Assembly (NCBI GenBank): GCA_951406725.2
Contig: OX597818.1
Coordinates: 136,772,001 to 136,836,000, forward strand
DNA: 64,000 nt
Source of the DNA: Octopus vulgaris
Taxonomy: Eukaryota
Direction of reading: 5' to 3'
Both the position numbers and the translations under genes were made by a program. Below are positions 12,511 through 25,580 of this stretch, piece by piece. Below the pieces are notes generated by a model. It was not told the origin of the DNA. It was given only the letters and a program-made list of their open reading frames with translations, and ran no database searches. How positions within the stretch are numbered: the stretch's first letter is position 1; each line of letters opens with the position of its first letter.

Positions 12511-15500
12511 TCATCATCATCATCATCATCATCATTTAGCGTCCGTTTTCCATGCTAGCATGGGTTGGACGGTTCAACTGGGGTCTGGGGAGCCCGAAGG
12601 CTGCACCAGGCCAGTCAGATCTGGCAGTGTTTCTACAGCTGGATGCCCTTCCTAACGCCAACCACTCCGAGAGTGTAGTGGGTGATTTTATGTGCCACCG
12701 ACACAGGTGCCAGACGAGGCTGGCGAACGGCCACGCTCGGATGGTGTTTTTATGTGCCACCGACACAGGTGCCAGACGAGGCTGGCAGACGGCCACGCTC
12801 GGATGGTGTTTTTATGTGCCACCGACACAGGTGCCAGATGAGGCTGGCGGACGGCCACGATCGGATGGTGTTTGTTACGTCCCCAAAGCACGGAGGCCAG
12901 TCTATGCGGTACTGGCTACGGCCACGTTCGGATGATTTTCTTGTGTGCCACCGGCACTGGTACCACAAAGATACAAATTCCATTGATGTTCATCTATTTT
13001 GATTTGTTTTGATTTGATTTGATTTTCACTTGCCTAAAGCACGGAGGCCAGTCTATGCGGTACTGGCTACGGCCACGTTCGGATGATTTTCTTGTGTGTC
13101 ACCGGCACTGGTACCACAAAGATACAAATTCCATTGATGTTCATCTATTTTGATTTGTTTTGATTTGATTTGATTTTCACTTGCCTCAACAGGTCTTCAC
13201 AAGTGTCACAAGAAGGAAGGTATGCACAGGTGGACTGACTACGTCCCAGGTAGGGGCCACGGGTTATGGCCTGACTAGTCTTGCCGGGTCTTCGGATGGT
13301 GTTTTTATGTGCCACCGACACAGGTGCCAGATGAGGCTGGCGAACGGCCACGATCGGATGGTGTTTGTTGCGTGCCCACAGCACGGAGGCCAGTCGATGC
13401 GGTACTGGCTACGGCCACGTTCGGATGGTTTTCTTGTGTGCCACCGGCACTGGTACCACAAGATACAAATTCCATTGATGTTCATCTATTTTGATTTGAT
13501 TTGATTTGATTTTCACTTGCCTCAACAGGTCTTCACAGGTCTTCACAAGTGTCACAAGAAGGAAGGAAGATATGCACAGGTGGACTGACTACGTCCCAAG
13601 TAGGGGCCATGGGTTATGGCCTGACTAGTCTTGCCGGGTCTTCGGTTGGTGTTTTTATGTGCCACCGACACAGGTGCCAGATGAGGCTGGCGGACGGCCA
13701 CGATCAGATGGTGTTTGTTATGTGCCCACATCACAGAGGCCAGTCGATGCAGTACTGGCTACGGCCACGTTCGGATGGTTTTCTTGTGTGTCACCGGCAC
13801 TGGTACCACAAAGATACAAATTCCATTGATGTTCATCTATTTTGATTTGTTTTGATTTGATTTGATTTTCACTTGCCTCAACAGGTCTTCACAAGTGTCA
13901 CAAGAAGGAAGGTATGCACAGGTGGACTGACTACGTCCCAGGTAGGGGCCACGGGTTATGGCCTGACTAGTCTTGCCGGGTCTTCGGATGGTGTTTTTAT
14001 GTGCCACCGACACAGGTGCCAGATGAGGCTGGCGAACGGCCACGATCGGATGGTGTTTGTTGCGTGCCCACAGCACGGAGGCCAGTCGATGCGGTACTGG
14101 CTACGGCCACGTTCGGATGGTTTTCTTGTGTGCCACCGGCACTGGTACCACAAGATACAAATTCCATTGATGTTCATCTATTTTGATTTGATTTGATTTG
14201 ATTTTCACTTGCCTCAACAGGTCTTCACAGGTCTTCACAAGTGTCACAAGAAGGAAGGAAGATATGCACAGGTGTACTGACTACGTCCCAAGTAGGGGCC
14301 ATGGGTTATGGCCTGACTAGTCTTGCCGGGTCTTCGGTTGGTGTTTTTATGTGCCACCGACACAGGTGCCAGATGAGGCTGGCGGACGGCCACGATCGGA
14401 TGGTGTTTGTTATGTGCCCACATCACAGAGGCCAGTCGATGCAGTACTGGCTACGGCCACGTTCGGATGGTTTTCTTGTGTGCCACCGGTACTGGTACCA
14501 CAAAGATACAAATTCCATTGATGTTCATCTATTTTGATTTGGTTTGATTTGATTTGATTTGATTTTGATTTTCACTTGCCTCAACAGGTCTTCACAAGTG
14601 TCATAAGTAGGAAGGTATGCACAGGTGGACTGACTACGTCGCCGGGTCTTCGGATGGTGTTTTTATGTGCCACCGACACAGGTGCCAGATGAGGCTGGCG
14701 AACGGCCACGATCGGATGGTTTTCTTGTGTGCCACCGGTACTGGAACCACAAAGATACAAATTCCATTGATGTTCATCTATTTTGATTTGGTTTGATTTT
14801 CACTTGCCTCAACAGGTCTTCACAAGTTTGGTTTGATTTTCACTTGCCTCAACAGGTCTTCACAAGTGTCACACGTGTCACACACTTGCCTCAACACGTC
14901 TCCACAAGTGTCACACACTTGCCTCTGCCTCAACAGGTCTTCACAAAGTGTCACACACTTGCCTCTGCCTCAACAGGTCTTCACAAGTGTCACACACTTG
15001 CCTCAACAGGTCTTCACAAGTGTCATAAGAGGGAAGGTATGCACAGGTGGACTGACTACGTCGCCGGGTCTTCGGATGGTGTTTTTATGTGCCACCGACA
15101 CAGGTGCCAGATGAGGCTGGCGAACGGCCACGATCAGATGGTGTTTGTTGTGCCCACAGCACGGAGGCCAGTCGATGTGGTACTGGCTACGGCCACGTTC
15201 GGATGGTTTTCTTGTGTGCCACCGGTACTGGAACCACAAAGATACAAATTCCATTGATGTTCATCTATTTTGATTTGGTTTGATTTGATTTTTGATTTTC
15301 ACTTGCCTCAACAGGTCTTCACAAGGGTCACACACTTGCCTCAACAGGTCTCCACAAGTGTCACACACTTGCCTCTGCCTCAACAGGTCTTCACAAGTGT
15401 CACACACTTGCCTCAACAGGTCTTCACAAGTGTCATAAGAGGGAAGGTATGCACAGGTGGACTGACTACGTTGCCGGGTCTTCGGATGGTGTCTTTATGT

Positions 15501-15560
15501 GCCACCGACACAGGTGCCAGATGAGGCTGGCGAACGGCCACGATCGGATGGTGTTTGTTG
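12511..15560 (-). repeat. 3-kb compound tandem array built from the family B (RTE 3' UTR) sequence
   Basis: 62-bp units (12690, 12752, 12814); alternating 336/356-bp units form a 692-bp higher-order repeat (identical ORFs at 13181 and 13873); distal ~35-bp subrepeats. Confidence 0.92.
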
Positions 15561-15694
15561 GATTCGTAAAATGCTAGAGCAGTGGTTCTCAACCATTTTT
15601 TGCCTATAGACTCTCTTGGTTCCTATTTTACTCGACTGAAACCGCAAAACCATTTGATGTTTTTAAAAAGTTCCATTATATTTTTATAATTTTA

Positions 15695-16287
15695 CTAGCA
15701 GCATAGCCCAGTGTTGCTCGGGCTTCTTTTCTTTTTGACCCTTTAGAATTGGAATTTTTGAAAAGTAAAAATTTTGCATTATGTTGTTTGTTATTCTCTT
15801 TAACCCTTTAGTGTTCACATTATTCTGCCAAAATTAATGCTTTTTCATCCACATTGTTTGGAACTAATCATTCATTAATCTTGTAGCTATGAGATTTTGA
15901 TGAGGTAGCTGTTAATTTTTAAAATAATATTGTAGGGTTGGTGTGAGAGACCAGATCTGGCCAGTTTGAACATAAAACAGGCAGAATACTTTTGGCTGGA
16001 TATGGCCAGTTTAAATGCTAAATGGTTAAGTGAACATTTTTCTGGCTGAAATACACCGAAAACAGTCAAAAAATTGTGAACAATAGAAAAAAAGCACCTT
16101 TTTGATGTAAATAATTTTTGGTGTTAACATGGTCCAATTTGAATTTTTACTTCTACGGAAGGAAGAGCAAGCCTTCTTTTATCATACTCTCAATTTTGAT
16201 CAACTTGCGCCGTGGGGCTTGGAAGAGATAGTGTTAGTTGAAGGCTACCAAACCTGCCATACACAGCTTTATATATATATAGAGAGA
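15695..16287 (-). mobile_element. Non-autonomous Helitron
   Basis: Minus strand starts TC(TCTC)TATATA and ends with a CCCGAGCAACACTGGG hairpin then CTAG; same termini as 26814-27404. Confidence 0.75.
15804..16025. mobile_element. piggyBac-like MITE E1 nested in the Helitron
   Basis: TTAA TSDs (15800-03, 16026-29) and CCCTTTAGT TIR. Confidence 0.85.
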
Positions 16288-16768
16288 TAATAAATCTGCT
16301 TGTTCCTCCGTTACTTAGCCCGTCTGTAATGCTTCCACATGATTAGCTGAAAAGGGAGAGGAGGGAGAGGTGGAAGTGAAATGTGTAATTTTTTTTCAAC
16401 TAAGATTTTTTTCCTGTTTCTTAGCTCATCTGTAACACTTTCACATAATTAGTTGAAGGGAAAGGTGAGGAAGGAAAGAAAAAAGACAGAGAAAAAGAGG
16501 GGAAGGTGAAGAATGAGAGAGAAAGAGGGAGAGTGCTGTATATTAAGTCTATAAAATTGTGCACAAAGTATATAAAGTGTATATATAAAGTGCATTAAGT
16601 AATCATCATATTTCAATTTCCTTCATTTTTCAATGATTAGCAGATGTTTAATTACCTTTTGATACAGACACAACATAGGCTACACTTTCAGGTTTTTTGG
16701 ATAAAGTTTTCAGAAATAACCCAATGAGTTTACCATTAATTCCGTGAAATATACATGGGTCCTGTTAG
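16288..16768 (+). mobile_element. Possible second Helitron, head-to-head with the first
   Basis: Ends CCGTG-aaatata-CATGG hairpin then TTAG (degenerate CTAG); host MITE sequence resumes afterwards. Confidence 0.4.
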
Positions 16769-16939
16769 TTATATATTATTAGGAATTGTATAAAAAAAAT
16801 TGTTGAAATATTTTGTGTAATGTAAAAGTATAATGGATTTATTGCACATAAATTTTAACAGCAAAATATTATATAGACATGGCTCCCCCAAAGACCATGT
16901 GGACTCTGGTTGAGAATCATTTTCAGGTCTGTGTGTCCT

Positions 16940-17555
16940 CCAAGTTCAAATTCTGCTTGCAGTCATAAAAAAAAAAAAAGTGGGAGAGGGAAACAGATTC
17001 TTCAGAAAATACCTGGAATGGTAATAAACGAGAGAAATCATTAAGCAAATACTTAAGAATTTTTACTGATCTCTCTTCATGTCAGCTCACTGGTTGGCAA
17101 GGAAGAATGCAAGGAGATTTCCATGTTCAAATCCTGCTTGCTGTTGTCAAAAAAAAAAAAGGTGGGGATGTGGGGTGTGAGAAACAGATTCTTTAAAGGC
17201 GGCAAGCAGGCAGAAACGTTAACACACTGGGCGAAATGCTTAGCAGTATTTTGTCTGCTGCTACGTTCTGAGTTCAAATTCCGCCGAGGTTGACTTTGCC
17301 TTTCATCCTTTCGGGGTCAATTAAATAAGTACCAGTTAGGCACTGGGGTCGATATAATCGACCTAATCCTTATGTCTGTCCTTGTTTGTCCCCTCTGTGT
17401 GTAGCTCCTTGTGGGCAGTAAGGAAATAAGAAACGGATTCTTTAGAACCTGCCTGGAATGGTAACGGACCAGGAAAATAATTAAGAAATACATAAGTATT
17501 TTTATTGGTCTCTTTTCATGTCAGTTCACCAGCTGGCAAGGAAGAATGCAAGAGG
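16940..17555. repeat. Old ~190-bp tandem duplication; the second unit is split by a SINE
   Basis: CCTGGAATGGTAA...TGGCAAGGAAGAATGCAAG present at ~16992-17113 and ~17432-17552. Confidence 0.75.
17196..17428 (+). mobile_element. SINE family C (Meta-domain-like body)
   Basis: GAGTTCAAATTCC B box, GCCTTTCATCCTTTCGGGGTC body, 16-bp TSD AGAAACRGATTCTTTA. Confidence 0.88.
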
Positions 17556-18339
17556 ACGTCCAAATCATGAGCACTCAGTGAACAAATGAAATGCTAGCAT
17601 CCACACTAATGAAATTGACGATGATAATGATAATGATGATAATCAAGATTTAAGCCAGTTAATGGTACAATACTATTAGCCATTAATTAAGCACAAGTGG
17701 ATATTATTTCTAATTTCATTGGTTTCATTTTTCTTCTTATCTTCATGCCAACATAGATATCACTGCAAATAGCATTAGTCATTAGTGTAACATAGCAACT
17801 ATATATTTGTATACCACAGTCATCATCGCCCCCGCACTACTGGAATTGGTTTATATTTTATGTTCAACTATAGCAGTACTGGAAGCAGAAATGGTTCCTC
17901 ATCAACATTCAGGAAAACATTTGTTTCTACTTTTTGCTTTTTTTTTACCTTGCTGTCATTTTACTCAGATCACATGGATGATCTCCATGTAGATTAACAC
18001 AAGTGTCTGATAACACCATCAGTATCAGAATATAATATTCTCCCACTCATCATGATAAATTATTTGAAATATATCCTTAGTACCTTGCCAGTATAATGGA
18101 TTTATCAAATGATTTAAGATTTGTATTTTCATGTCATAGGCCTGCTACATCAATTACTCATCTATGGTATGTATGTAGGCAGGTGGGAGCGATCCATAGA
18201 GCTACTGTTCCAGATCTACTTTTACTGTCTGTAACACGTACAGGTACATCATATGGAGTACACTGCAATTTGGCAGTTTGGGTATATTATTTTTCTTAGT
18301 TTAGTCAATCTCTTTGCATAGCAATAGGTTGTCTTCATG

Positions 18340-19220
18340 TTCTGAGTTCAAATTCTGCCAAGGTCGACTTTGCCTTTCATCCTTTTGGGGTCGATTAAAT
18401 AAGTACCAGTTAAGAACTGGGGTTGATGGAGTCAACTTACTCCCTCACTTCAAATTTCAGGCATTGTGCCTATAGTAGAAAGGGTTAGGAGTGGTTGTGT
18501 GGTAAGCAGCTTGCTTATGAACCACATGGTTCCGGGTTCAGTCCCACTGTGTGGCACCTTGGGCAAGTGTCTTCCACTATAGCCTCGGGCTGACCAAAGC
18601 CTTGTGAGTGGATTTGGTAGACAGAAACTGAAAGAAGCCCGTCGTATATATGTGTGCGTATGTGTTTGTCCCCCCAACATCACTTGACAACTGATGCTGG
18701 TGTGTTTACATCCCCGAAACTTAGCGGTTCGGCAAAAGAGACCAATAGAATAAGTACTAGGCTTACAAAGAATAAGCCCTGGGGTCAATTTGCTCGACTA
18801 AAGGTGGTGCTCTAGCATGGCCACAGTCAAATGACTGAAACAAGTAAAAGAGTAGAAGAGTATTATAAAGGCGGTGAGCTAGCAGAATCATTAGCACACT
18901 GGTCAAAATGCTTTATCGGCATTTCATCTGTCTTTATATTCTAAGTTCAAATTCCGCTGGGGTTGATTAGTCCCCTCCCACAAAATTTCAGCCTTTGTAC
19001 CTTAAGCAGTAAAGCTGGCAGAACCGTTAGCATGCTGAGTGAAATTCTTAGCAGTGTTTCATCTGTCATCATGTTCAGAGTTCTAATTCTACGAAGGTCG
19101 ACTTTATCTTTCATTCTTTTGGGGTCGATAAATTAAGTACTAGTAAAACACTGGGATTGATTAAATCAACTAGTCTCTTCCCCCAAAATTTCAGGCCTTG
19201 TGCCTATAATAGAAAGGACT
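18340..19220 (+). mobile_element. Stack of SINE C fragments with a SINE A (18488-18860) inserted
   Basis: Three family C heads/bodies and one complete family A copy in the same orientation. Confidence 0.8.
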
Positions 19221-19235
19221 ATTATTATTATTATT

Positions 19236-19342
19236 GAATGAGAGAGTACCATATGCCATCAAAGTGACACTGGAGTAAAATATACAAAAGTCCAATATAC
19301 CCATCATGAGTACCCATCTGATAAGGGTACACCAAGTACATG

Positions 19343-19345
<3 letters not shown>
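19236..19345 (-). mobile_element. Family D, 3'-terminal 110 bp only
   Basis: Matches one end of family D; (ATT)n on both sides. Confidence 0.8.
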
Positions 19346-19390
<45 letters not shown>

Positions 19391-19906
19391 TTGGACAGAC
19401 AAGGCAGTTTTCCTTTGCCTGGTGGCTGTGGCGAAAGAGGTTGTTTGGTGGACAAGGCTGAAAGGCATGAAGGTAGAGCCCTCATTGACTTCAAGTTTCA
19501 CTTGAAAAGGAAATTGAGAGTGGAGAGGGAAGTGCTGTCCTCGACTGAGTTTATTGAAAGGTGGGTGAAAGTTGCGAAAATGACAAGAATGGATGGTACC
19601 TCTCTAAGTGTAGACCTGTAAATCGGAGAGAAGGAATTGGAGAGGGCACTTGCTCTTGATGTTCAGGGAAATCTCGGACAGTGGGGTTCCTCGATTATCC
19701 TGTATCAGGAGGGCTATATCTTTACCATCTCCCTCACCATCCCTCTTTTTTTAACCCCTGTATACTATGTATATGTACCTTTCTTTTACATTATATACTG
19801 TATATACTTATTTTTTTCTATCATTTCATTATATGTAAACTCCAACACTTTATGTTTGTCTTTGTATGGTCCCCTTCATTCTTCACCCTGATAGCAAATA
19901 AATAAA
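19391..19906 (+). mobile_element. L1/Tx1-clade LINE 3' fragment
   Basis: Frameshifted C-terminus AVFLCLVAVAKEVVWWTRLK...HLKRKLRVEREVLSSTEFIERWVKV, then 3' UTR ending AATAAATAAAA. Confidence 0.65.
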
Positions 19907-19920
19907 ATTATTATTATTAT

Positions 19921-20427
19921 TCAGTAGTATATTTTTTATATCGTGCTTTCACTTCACTACCGAGCGCAGCTCTGTGTGCCTTAGGTATGTGCTGTGATTT
20001 GTTGTGATGCTCTGATGGTTATTGTATGGAAAGCGTTCTGCATAGGATGTGTGCAGTGCCTAGTAGTGCAATTTTCTGTATGTTATATGTTTTGTTTGTT
20101 TTGTTTTGTTTTTCCAGTTTCAGCTCTTGAGCTGTGGCCATGCTGGGGCACCGCCATTGTGGTGAAAGAGTACAGCAGGGATCACCACCCCCTGCCGGAG
20201 CCTCGTAGAGCTTTTAGGTGTTTTCGCTCAATAAACACACACAACGCCCGGTCTGAGAATCGAAACCGCGATCCTGCGACCGCGAGTCCGCTGCCCTAAC
20301 CACTAGGCCATTGCGCCTAGTGGTTTGTAAGTGTTTGTAAGTCTATGTGTTTGTAAGTCTTGGTGTTTTTGTTATGTATTTGTCTGAATATTTTTTCATC
20401 ATGCCTAATGCATCTATTATGATAGGA

Positions 20428-20429
<2 letters not shown>
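19921..20429 (-). mobile_element. R4/Dong LINE 3' end, interrupted by a SINE
   Basis: IPIIIDALGMMKKYSDKYITKTP...YNIQKIALLGTAHILCRTLSIQ*; (TAA)n flanks. Confidence 0.8.
20093..20318 (-). mobile_element. tRNA(Arg)-like SINE: family F head with a family A-type tail
   Basis: GGCGCAATGGCCTAGTGGTTAGGGCAGCGGACTCG...TTCGATTC head; GGCGGTGCCCCAGCATGGCCACAG tail. Confidence 0.8.
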
Positions 20430-20466
<37 letters not shown>

Positions 20467-21397
20467 TCCATTTCACTTCTCAGAGCTTTTGATTTCACTT
20501 GTTCCAGTTAATTCTGTAAGAGCAGACAGCAACCTGTTATCAAAAGTCTCACAGGGTCTCTTTCCATAATACTTGACACTTGAGTACTAATCTTGAAATC
20601 CTTGCTATCCCCAAAAGAACAGTTTTCTAGGATGTTCTACCCTCGTGTCAATCCCAATTTCTTGAACAAATTTCCCAAACCTTGTTGTTAATGCTCCCAG
20701 TGTCCCTACAACTGCTGGAATCACTGTTACTCTCTTCATTGCCCACATTTGGGCAATTTCATCTTTTAGTAGCTTGTACTTTTCAATCTTTTCCAGTTCT
20801 TTGTCACTCACTCATGGATCTCCAGCTATGGCAAAATCTATGAAGTTAGTTTCCTTCTTCTTTTTATCCATTCCAACAATGTCTGGTCTCTGAGTATCAA
20901 TCACTGAATTACATTGGATTGTAAAATCCCATAAGATCTTATACTCATTATTCTTGGTGATGTCTTCTGGTTTACGCTTGTACCATTTCAGTGTTCTTTC
21001 AAGATCGTATTTCTCACACAGTCTCTAGGGAACCAACTTAGCTACATCATCATGTCTCCTTTTGTATTCCTTTTGGGCCAGTTTGCTACACTCGTTCACA
21101 GAATGTGAGATTGTTCCATTTTTGCTGTTTCACATTCTACAAAGGGGCAATTCACTGATCTTATCTATCTGGAACTTTGCATAATTAGTTCCAGAACTTG
21201 TTCATGAGTACCACATTTCAATGCCTCAGTGCATCCTTTCAGATCCTTAGCCCCTTCCAGGTGTTGGTCTTGTCTTTTCCTTTAATCTCTCTAAGGCCCA
21301 TGCATTGTTTCCATTTTCCAGTTGTAAAATCTTTGTTCTCCATCTTGTTTCTTAAATATTTCAGGGTGTGTCACTTTTTCACTAGGTACCATGTTGC
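20467..21397 (-). pseudogene. R4/Dong LINE 3' fragment (CCHC knuckle and restriction-like endonuclease), decayed
   Basis: LCRM*..TISHSVNECSKLAQKEYKRRHDDVAK...KILWDFTIQC..QRPDIVGMDK...IDFAIAGD..KELEKIEKY...VIPAVVGTLG, with in-frame stops; (TAA)n both sides. Confidence 0.92.
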
Positions 21398-22046
21398 TAT
21401 TATTATTATTATTATTTAGTCTCAGGAAGAAGGGCAATGCCCATGACCCTTTCTTGGGCCTCTGAGATTGGTGGGAAGGAACGGAGGTATTTTCTGACTG
21501 GAAACTTGACCTACGTGTTTGTAAAAGTATATTCTGCAAAAGGCTCCTGGCCAGATATGTTGGATACAGTTAAGTTAATTACAGTTAGATGTTTTCACTT
21601 ATATTTACAAGATATCTTTCATTACTGGGAATGCATTTTTTGTTACAGTATTGAATTTGTGTAACAGTAATCCCTGTAACTTGGAAGCTGCATAGCTCCT
21701 CTTAGAAAAATCATTGAAATATGCCATCACATCTCTTCCATTGATGCAATGAAGGTGGAATTGCCTGGTCAGTGCAAATATTTTGTGGCCTCATCGCTCA
21801 TCCTGACAAAACATTTCTTCAGGATTCGGGAAAAAATTGGAATACTTAACAACCTTTATTTCTAGTTTAAAGGATTTTGTAGGGGCCACATTACAAACAA
21901 AAGCATTGATGCAGTAATTAACTATGTGGTCCAGCCTTGTCACATATTGTGTCACACTGGTTCTGCTTTTAAAATTACATAACAGATACACATGTTTACA
22001 GAAAACTCAGCCACTTACATATTAATTTAGTTGCACTTCTGAATCC

Positions 22047-22623
22047 TCATCATCATTCATCATTGTTCGACCGTGGTCGAGACAATGGAATTTACCATGC
22101 TACGCCAGACTTCACGGTCCATCATGGCATTACGGAGGTCCTGTTGCTGGATGCATGTATCCCTGGAGATTACATCAGGGTAGGAGAGTGTGCGCCCTCT
22201 GGTATTGCGAGTAGATGGCTTCCACAGGAGAAGAGTAGAAATTACTTCTTTTTCAGCTCTACAACAATGTCCAGCAAACTGGACTCTCCTACCTTTCACA
22301 AGAGATGACACAGGTGGTAGTTTCCCATATATTTGCATTTTGGTTGGATGGTGCTTCCACGAGAGATTTTGAGCTCTCATAAGGAGGCGAGTGTAGGTTC
22401 CATCCAACCGCCTCTCAAGCTTCTTTGATAACGTCCAGGTTTCTGAGCCATATAGTAGAATTGGTTCGACTGTGGCTTTGAAGATTTCAAGTTTGAAGTC
22501 TCTACTTAGATTTGATGACCAGATCTTATGCATGTCATTACAGGCTGACCAGGCCATACCCTTTCTAGTTAGAAAGTATTTTCCAGATGATGATATGTAT
22601 GACCTAAGATATTTATAATCCTC
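22047..22623 (-). pseudogene. RTE/RTEX-clade LINE 3' fragment
   Basis: ORF 22060-22557: ILLYGSETWTL...RRVQFAGHC...MMDREVWR; upstream YKYLRSYI; (TGA)n tail. Confidence 0.92.
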
Positions 22624-24391
22624 ATAGTTGAAATCAGAAACCCATTATTACTTAATATTTACTACCATAAAAACATCAACAACAAGGGAGTTAGCCTCTT
22701 TTCTTCAACTCTCACCATGTGAATAAATAATACAGCTTATCAATTTTTGATAAATAGATAATTACTGTTATTATTTTATTAGCACAGATATGTTATTTCA
22801 TCAATATGGATACTGAACAACAGTTGTATCACGTTCCTGAGATTTTCCCACCGCATTCCTGACAATTACACCATATTTCATGCATAATAAACTATTTATT
22901 ATTTGCAATCCTTCATATTTTCAGTCAGAGAATGTAAGGCAAAACCTCTCTCTTTCCCTCTATCTGTCTGTCTGTCTATATCTACATAATCATCCATTCT
23001 TAATATGTTCCAACAGATTTGAATGTGAATGTGGTATTTTCTGTTGGGTTTGGTCTTTGGAGAACAATTCTATTTAGACATTATGGTTGACAACATTGTG
23101 TAAAGAGAGGAGTTGTTCTCTGAAGATGAAAACATAACAGCAAATAAAATATTTCCACTCAAATTTACAGGAATGTGTTAAGAATGACTGGACAGACCAT
23201 TATTTTGATTCTCGCTATTTTGCATGCTCACAATAATTTTCTATACACATTATATACACATGTGTATGTATGTGTGTGTGTGTGTGTATGATGTATATTT
23301 CTGCTATCATATAAAGAAGATCTTGCACGGGAGAGGTGTGAACCAACTCAACTGATCTTGCCAAATGAATAAAACCAAAGATAAGGTGGTAAAAGCCAGA
23401 CTGTATGCTATCTGTGTAGCAAATTAAAAACACACACACATACACACACACACACAAGCAAGCTAAACTAATAACGCAGATCTGATGATTGTTGGAAATG
23501 ACAGTAATGGAACCAAACATGTGACAAATTTTCATACATAACTCATACCTGTTTCTGTCTCTCTCTCTCTCTGTTTCTCTCTCCCTCTTTCCACTCCCTT
23601 CATAACAAAATTCAGTTTTCTCTTTTAGTATTAAATATTAAAACAAATTTATTATCCAATATATCCTTATTTGGAATGGAAAACTAACCATTATATATTC
23701 AGAATGTAATATTGTATTTCTCAAAACAAAATCCTATTAATAATATATTCTCTCTCTCTCTCTCTCTCTCTCACACATTTTTTTTTTTTTCCAAAGCAAT
23801 TTTCTAAAAATCAAATAAAAATTGCAATTCAGCAGATAAAATTAAAACTCGATAAACAAGTTGTGTTCGAAAACAAAACAAAAGAACATTCCTGTAGAAC
23901 GTTTCAAAACGCTACCGAAATTTCATAAAACTTTAACTGAATTTTCCAGATGTTTTAAACAAATATTCTGAAAAGTTTATTATTTGAGAATCGAAATGAA
24001 ATCCCAAAGACAAGAATTGAACTGAATGGTCAGGAATGATTAGATTTGGACAAATAAAAAAAAGATAAGTAATGCAGAAAGTAATTTAATTTGTAGACAT
24101 AAAGTATATGGAGACAGACTGACGTTGATGGAAGTGTGCAGCGTTGGGGTTGAGAGGTAGACGGAGGGGGTGGAATATATGTGAAATAGCATGGATAATA
24201 GAATAATCTGTTTAGTGGTAGCGGTAGGAGGATGAGATGGGGAGTGTTAAATTGGGAGAGATAGTGGGAGTGTGTAATAGAGGATGGGTGTGTGTGTATA
24301 CTGGGAGAGGAGGAAGGTGTGTTACATTCAGAGGAAAGTAGATGTATACATTGAAAGACAAGGAAGGTGTGTATACGTTGAGACAGAAGGT

Positions 24392-24392
<1 letters not shown>

Positions 24393-24456
<64 letters not shown>

Positions 24457-24479
24457 CATATATACATATATATATATAC

Positions 24480-24518
<39 letters not shown>

Positions 24519-24599
24519 CATATATATATACATATATATATATACATATATATATATACACACATATATATATATATATACACATATATATATATACAC

Positions 24600-24656
<57 letters not shown>
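24393..24656. repeat. (AT)n/(ATAC) microsatellite
   Basis: Direct inspection. Confidence 0.97.
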
Positions 24657-24659
<3 letters not shown>

Positions 24660-25102
24660 AGAGAAGATAAATGTGTATTTTGAGAGAGGAGGTAGATATA
24701 TACACACATTGAGATAAATGTGTATGTTGGGGAAAGGAATGGGTGTATACTGGGGAAGAAAGCAGGAATATTTAATGAAGGAGTCAGAAGGCAGGTGTGT
24801 ATACTGAGAGAGAATGTAAGAGAATATATTAGGAGGGGGTATAAGGTATGTATATTGACAAAGAAGGCAGCAAAAGTGTAAATGGAGAAAGTAGAGAGGA
24901 GTGTATATGGGAAGAAACTAAATCAACCACCTGAAATCAGGAACTGTCCCAATGATATGCTTTCATACAAGTTTTTGTGTATCTAATCTCACCATTTCCC
25001 TCACAAGATTTGAGCCCAAGGTGCCATGCAATGGAACTGAACCCAAAAACTCCATGGTTAATAAAGCATACTTGTTAATCACACAACTTTGCACTTTGTT
25101 CC

Positions 25103-25580
25103 AACTCTTTTGATACCAACCTGCCTGGAACTGCTCCAGTGAAATGATACAAAATTCATGTTTTAAATTGACTTAAATTAAAAAACTTCCATCAAAATTT
25201 CTTGCTAAGTTATATTCCAAACAAGCTTAATAATGACCAAGATATTTTGCTAAGTTCTTTAACTTTTGGAGGCTGCAACCCCCTTGGCACACAGGCCACA
25301 TTCCTAGCATCACTCCCTTCTCACTCACGACCATAAACATAGACCATTTTCTGCAGAAAATTCAAAACAACAGTATTTCACAAATAAAATTTAACCTAAT
25401 TAATCCATTATTTTTGTTGTTTTTACATCCATTGCCTCCTTTTGGTCACCCCATTTTTTCAATACCCTCTACTCCTGGATCTTTCCACAGCCCCCAAGGG
25501 GTCAGTACTGTCCACTTTGAAAATCACTGGTTTAACTGAAACAAATGCAATGTATTACAAAAGAAATATAGTGACAAAAG
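25103..25580. mobile_element. E2 MITE with a partial hAT MITE (25260-25529) inside
   Basis: Homology to 4355-4591 and 8147-8388; inner element ends TTTGAAAATCACTG. Confidence 0.55.

Larger units (their letters stand above)
15580..16922. mobile_element. hAT/Charlie-like MITE hosting nested insertions
   Basis: TIR CAGTGGTTCTCAACC at 15580, preceded by a CTAGA-type target; degenerate GGTTGAGAATCATTT at 16908-16922. Confidence 0.65.

Noticed and set aside
12686-15560. CRISPR-like array
   Set aside because: Units are contiguous repeats without unique spacers; no cas genes; eukaryotic context
23290-23412. Minus-strand exon after TTTTAATTTGCTACACAG
   Set aside because: No credible donor site
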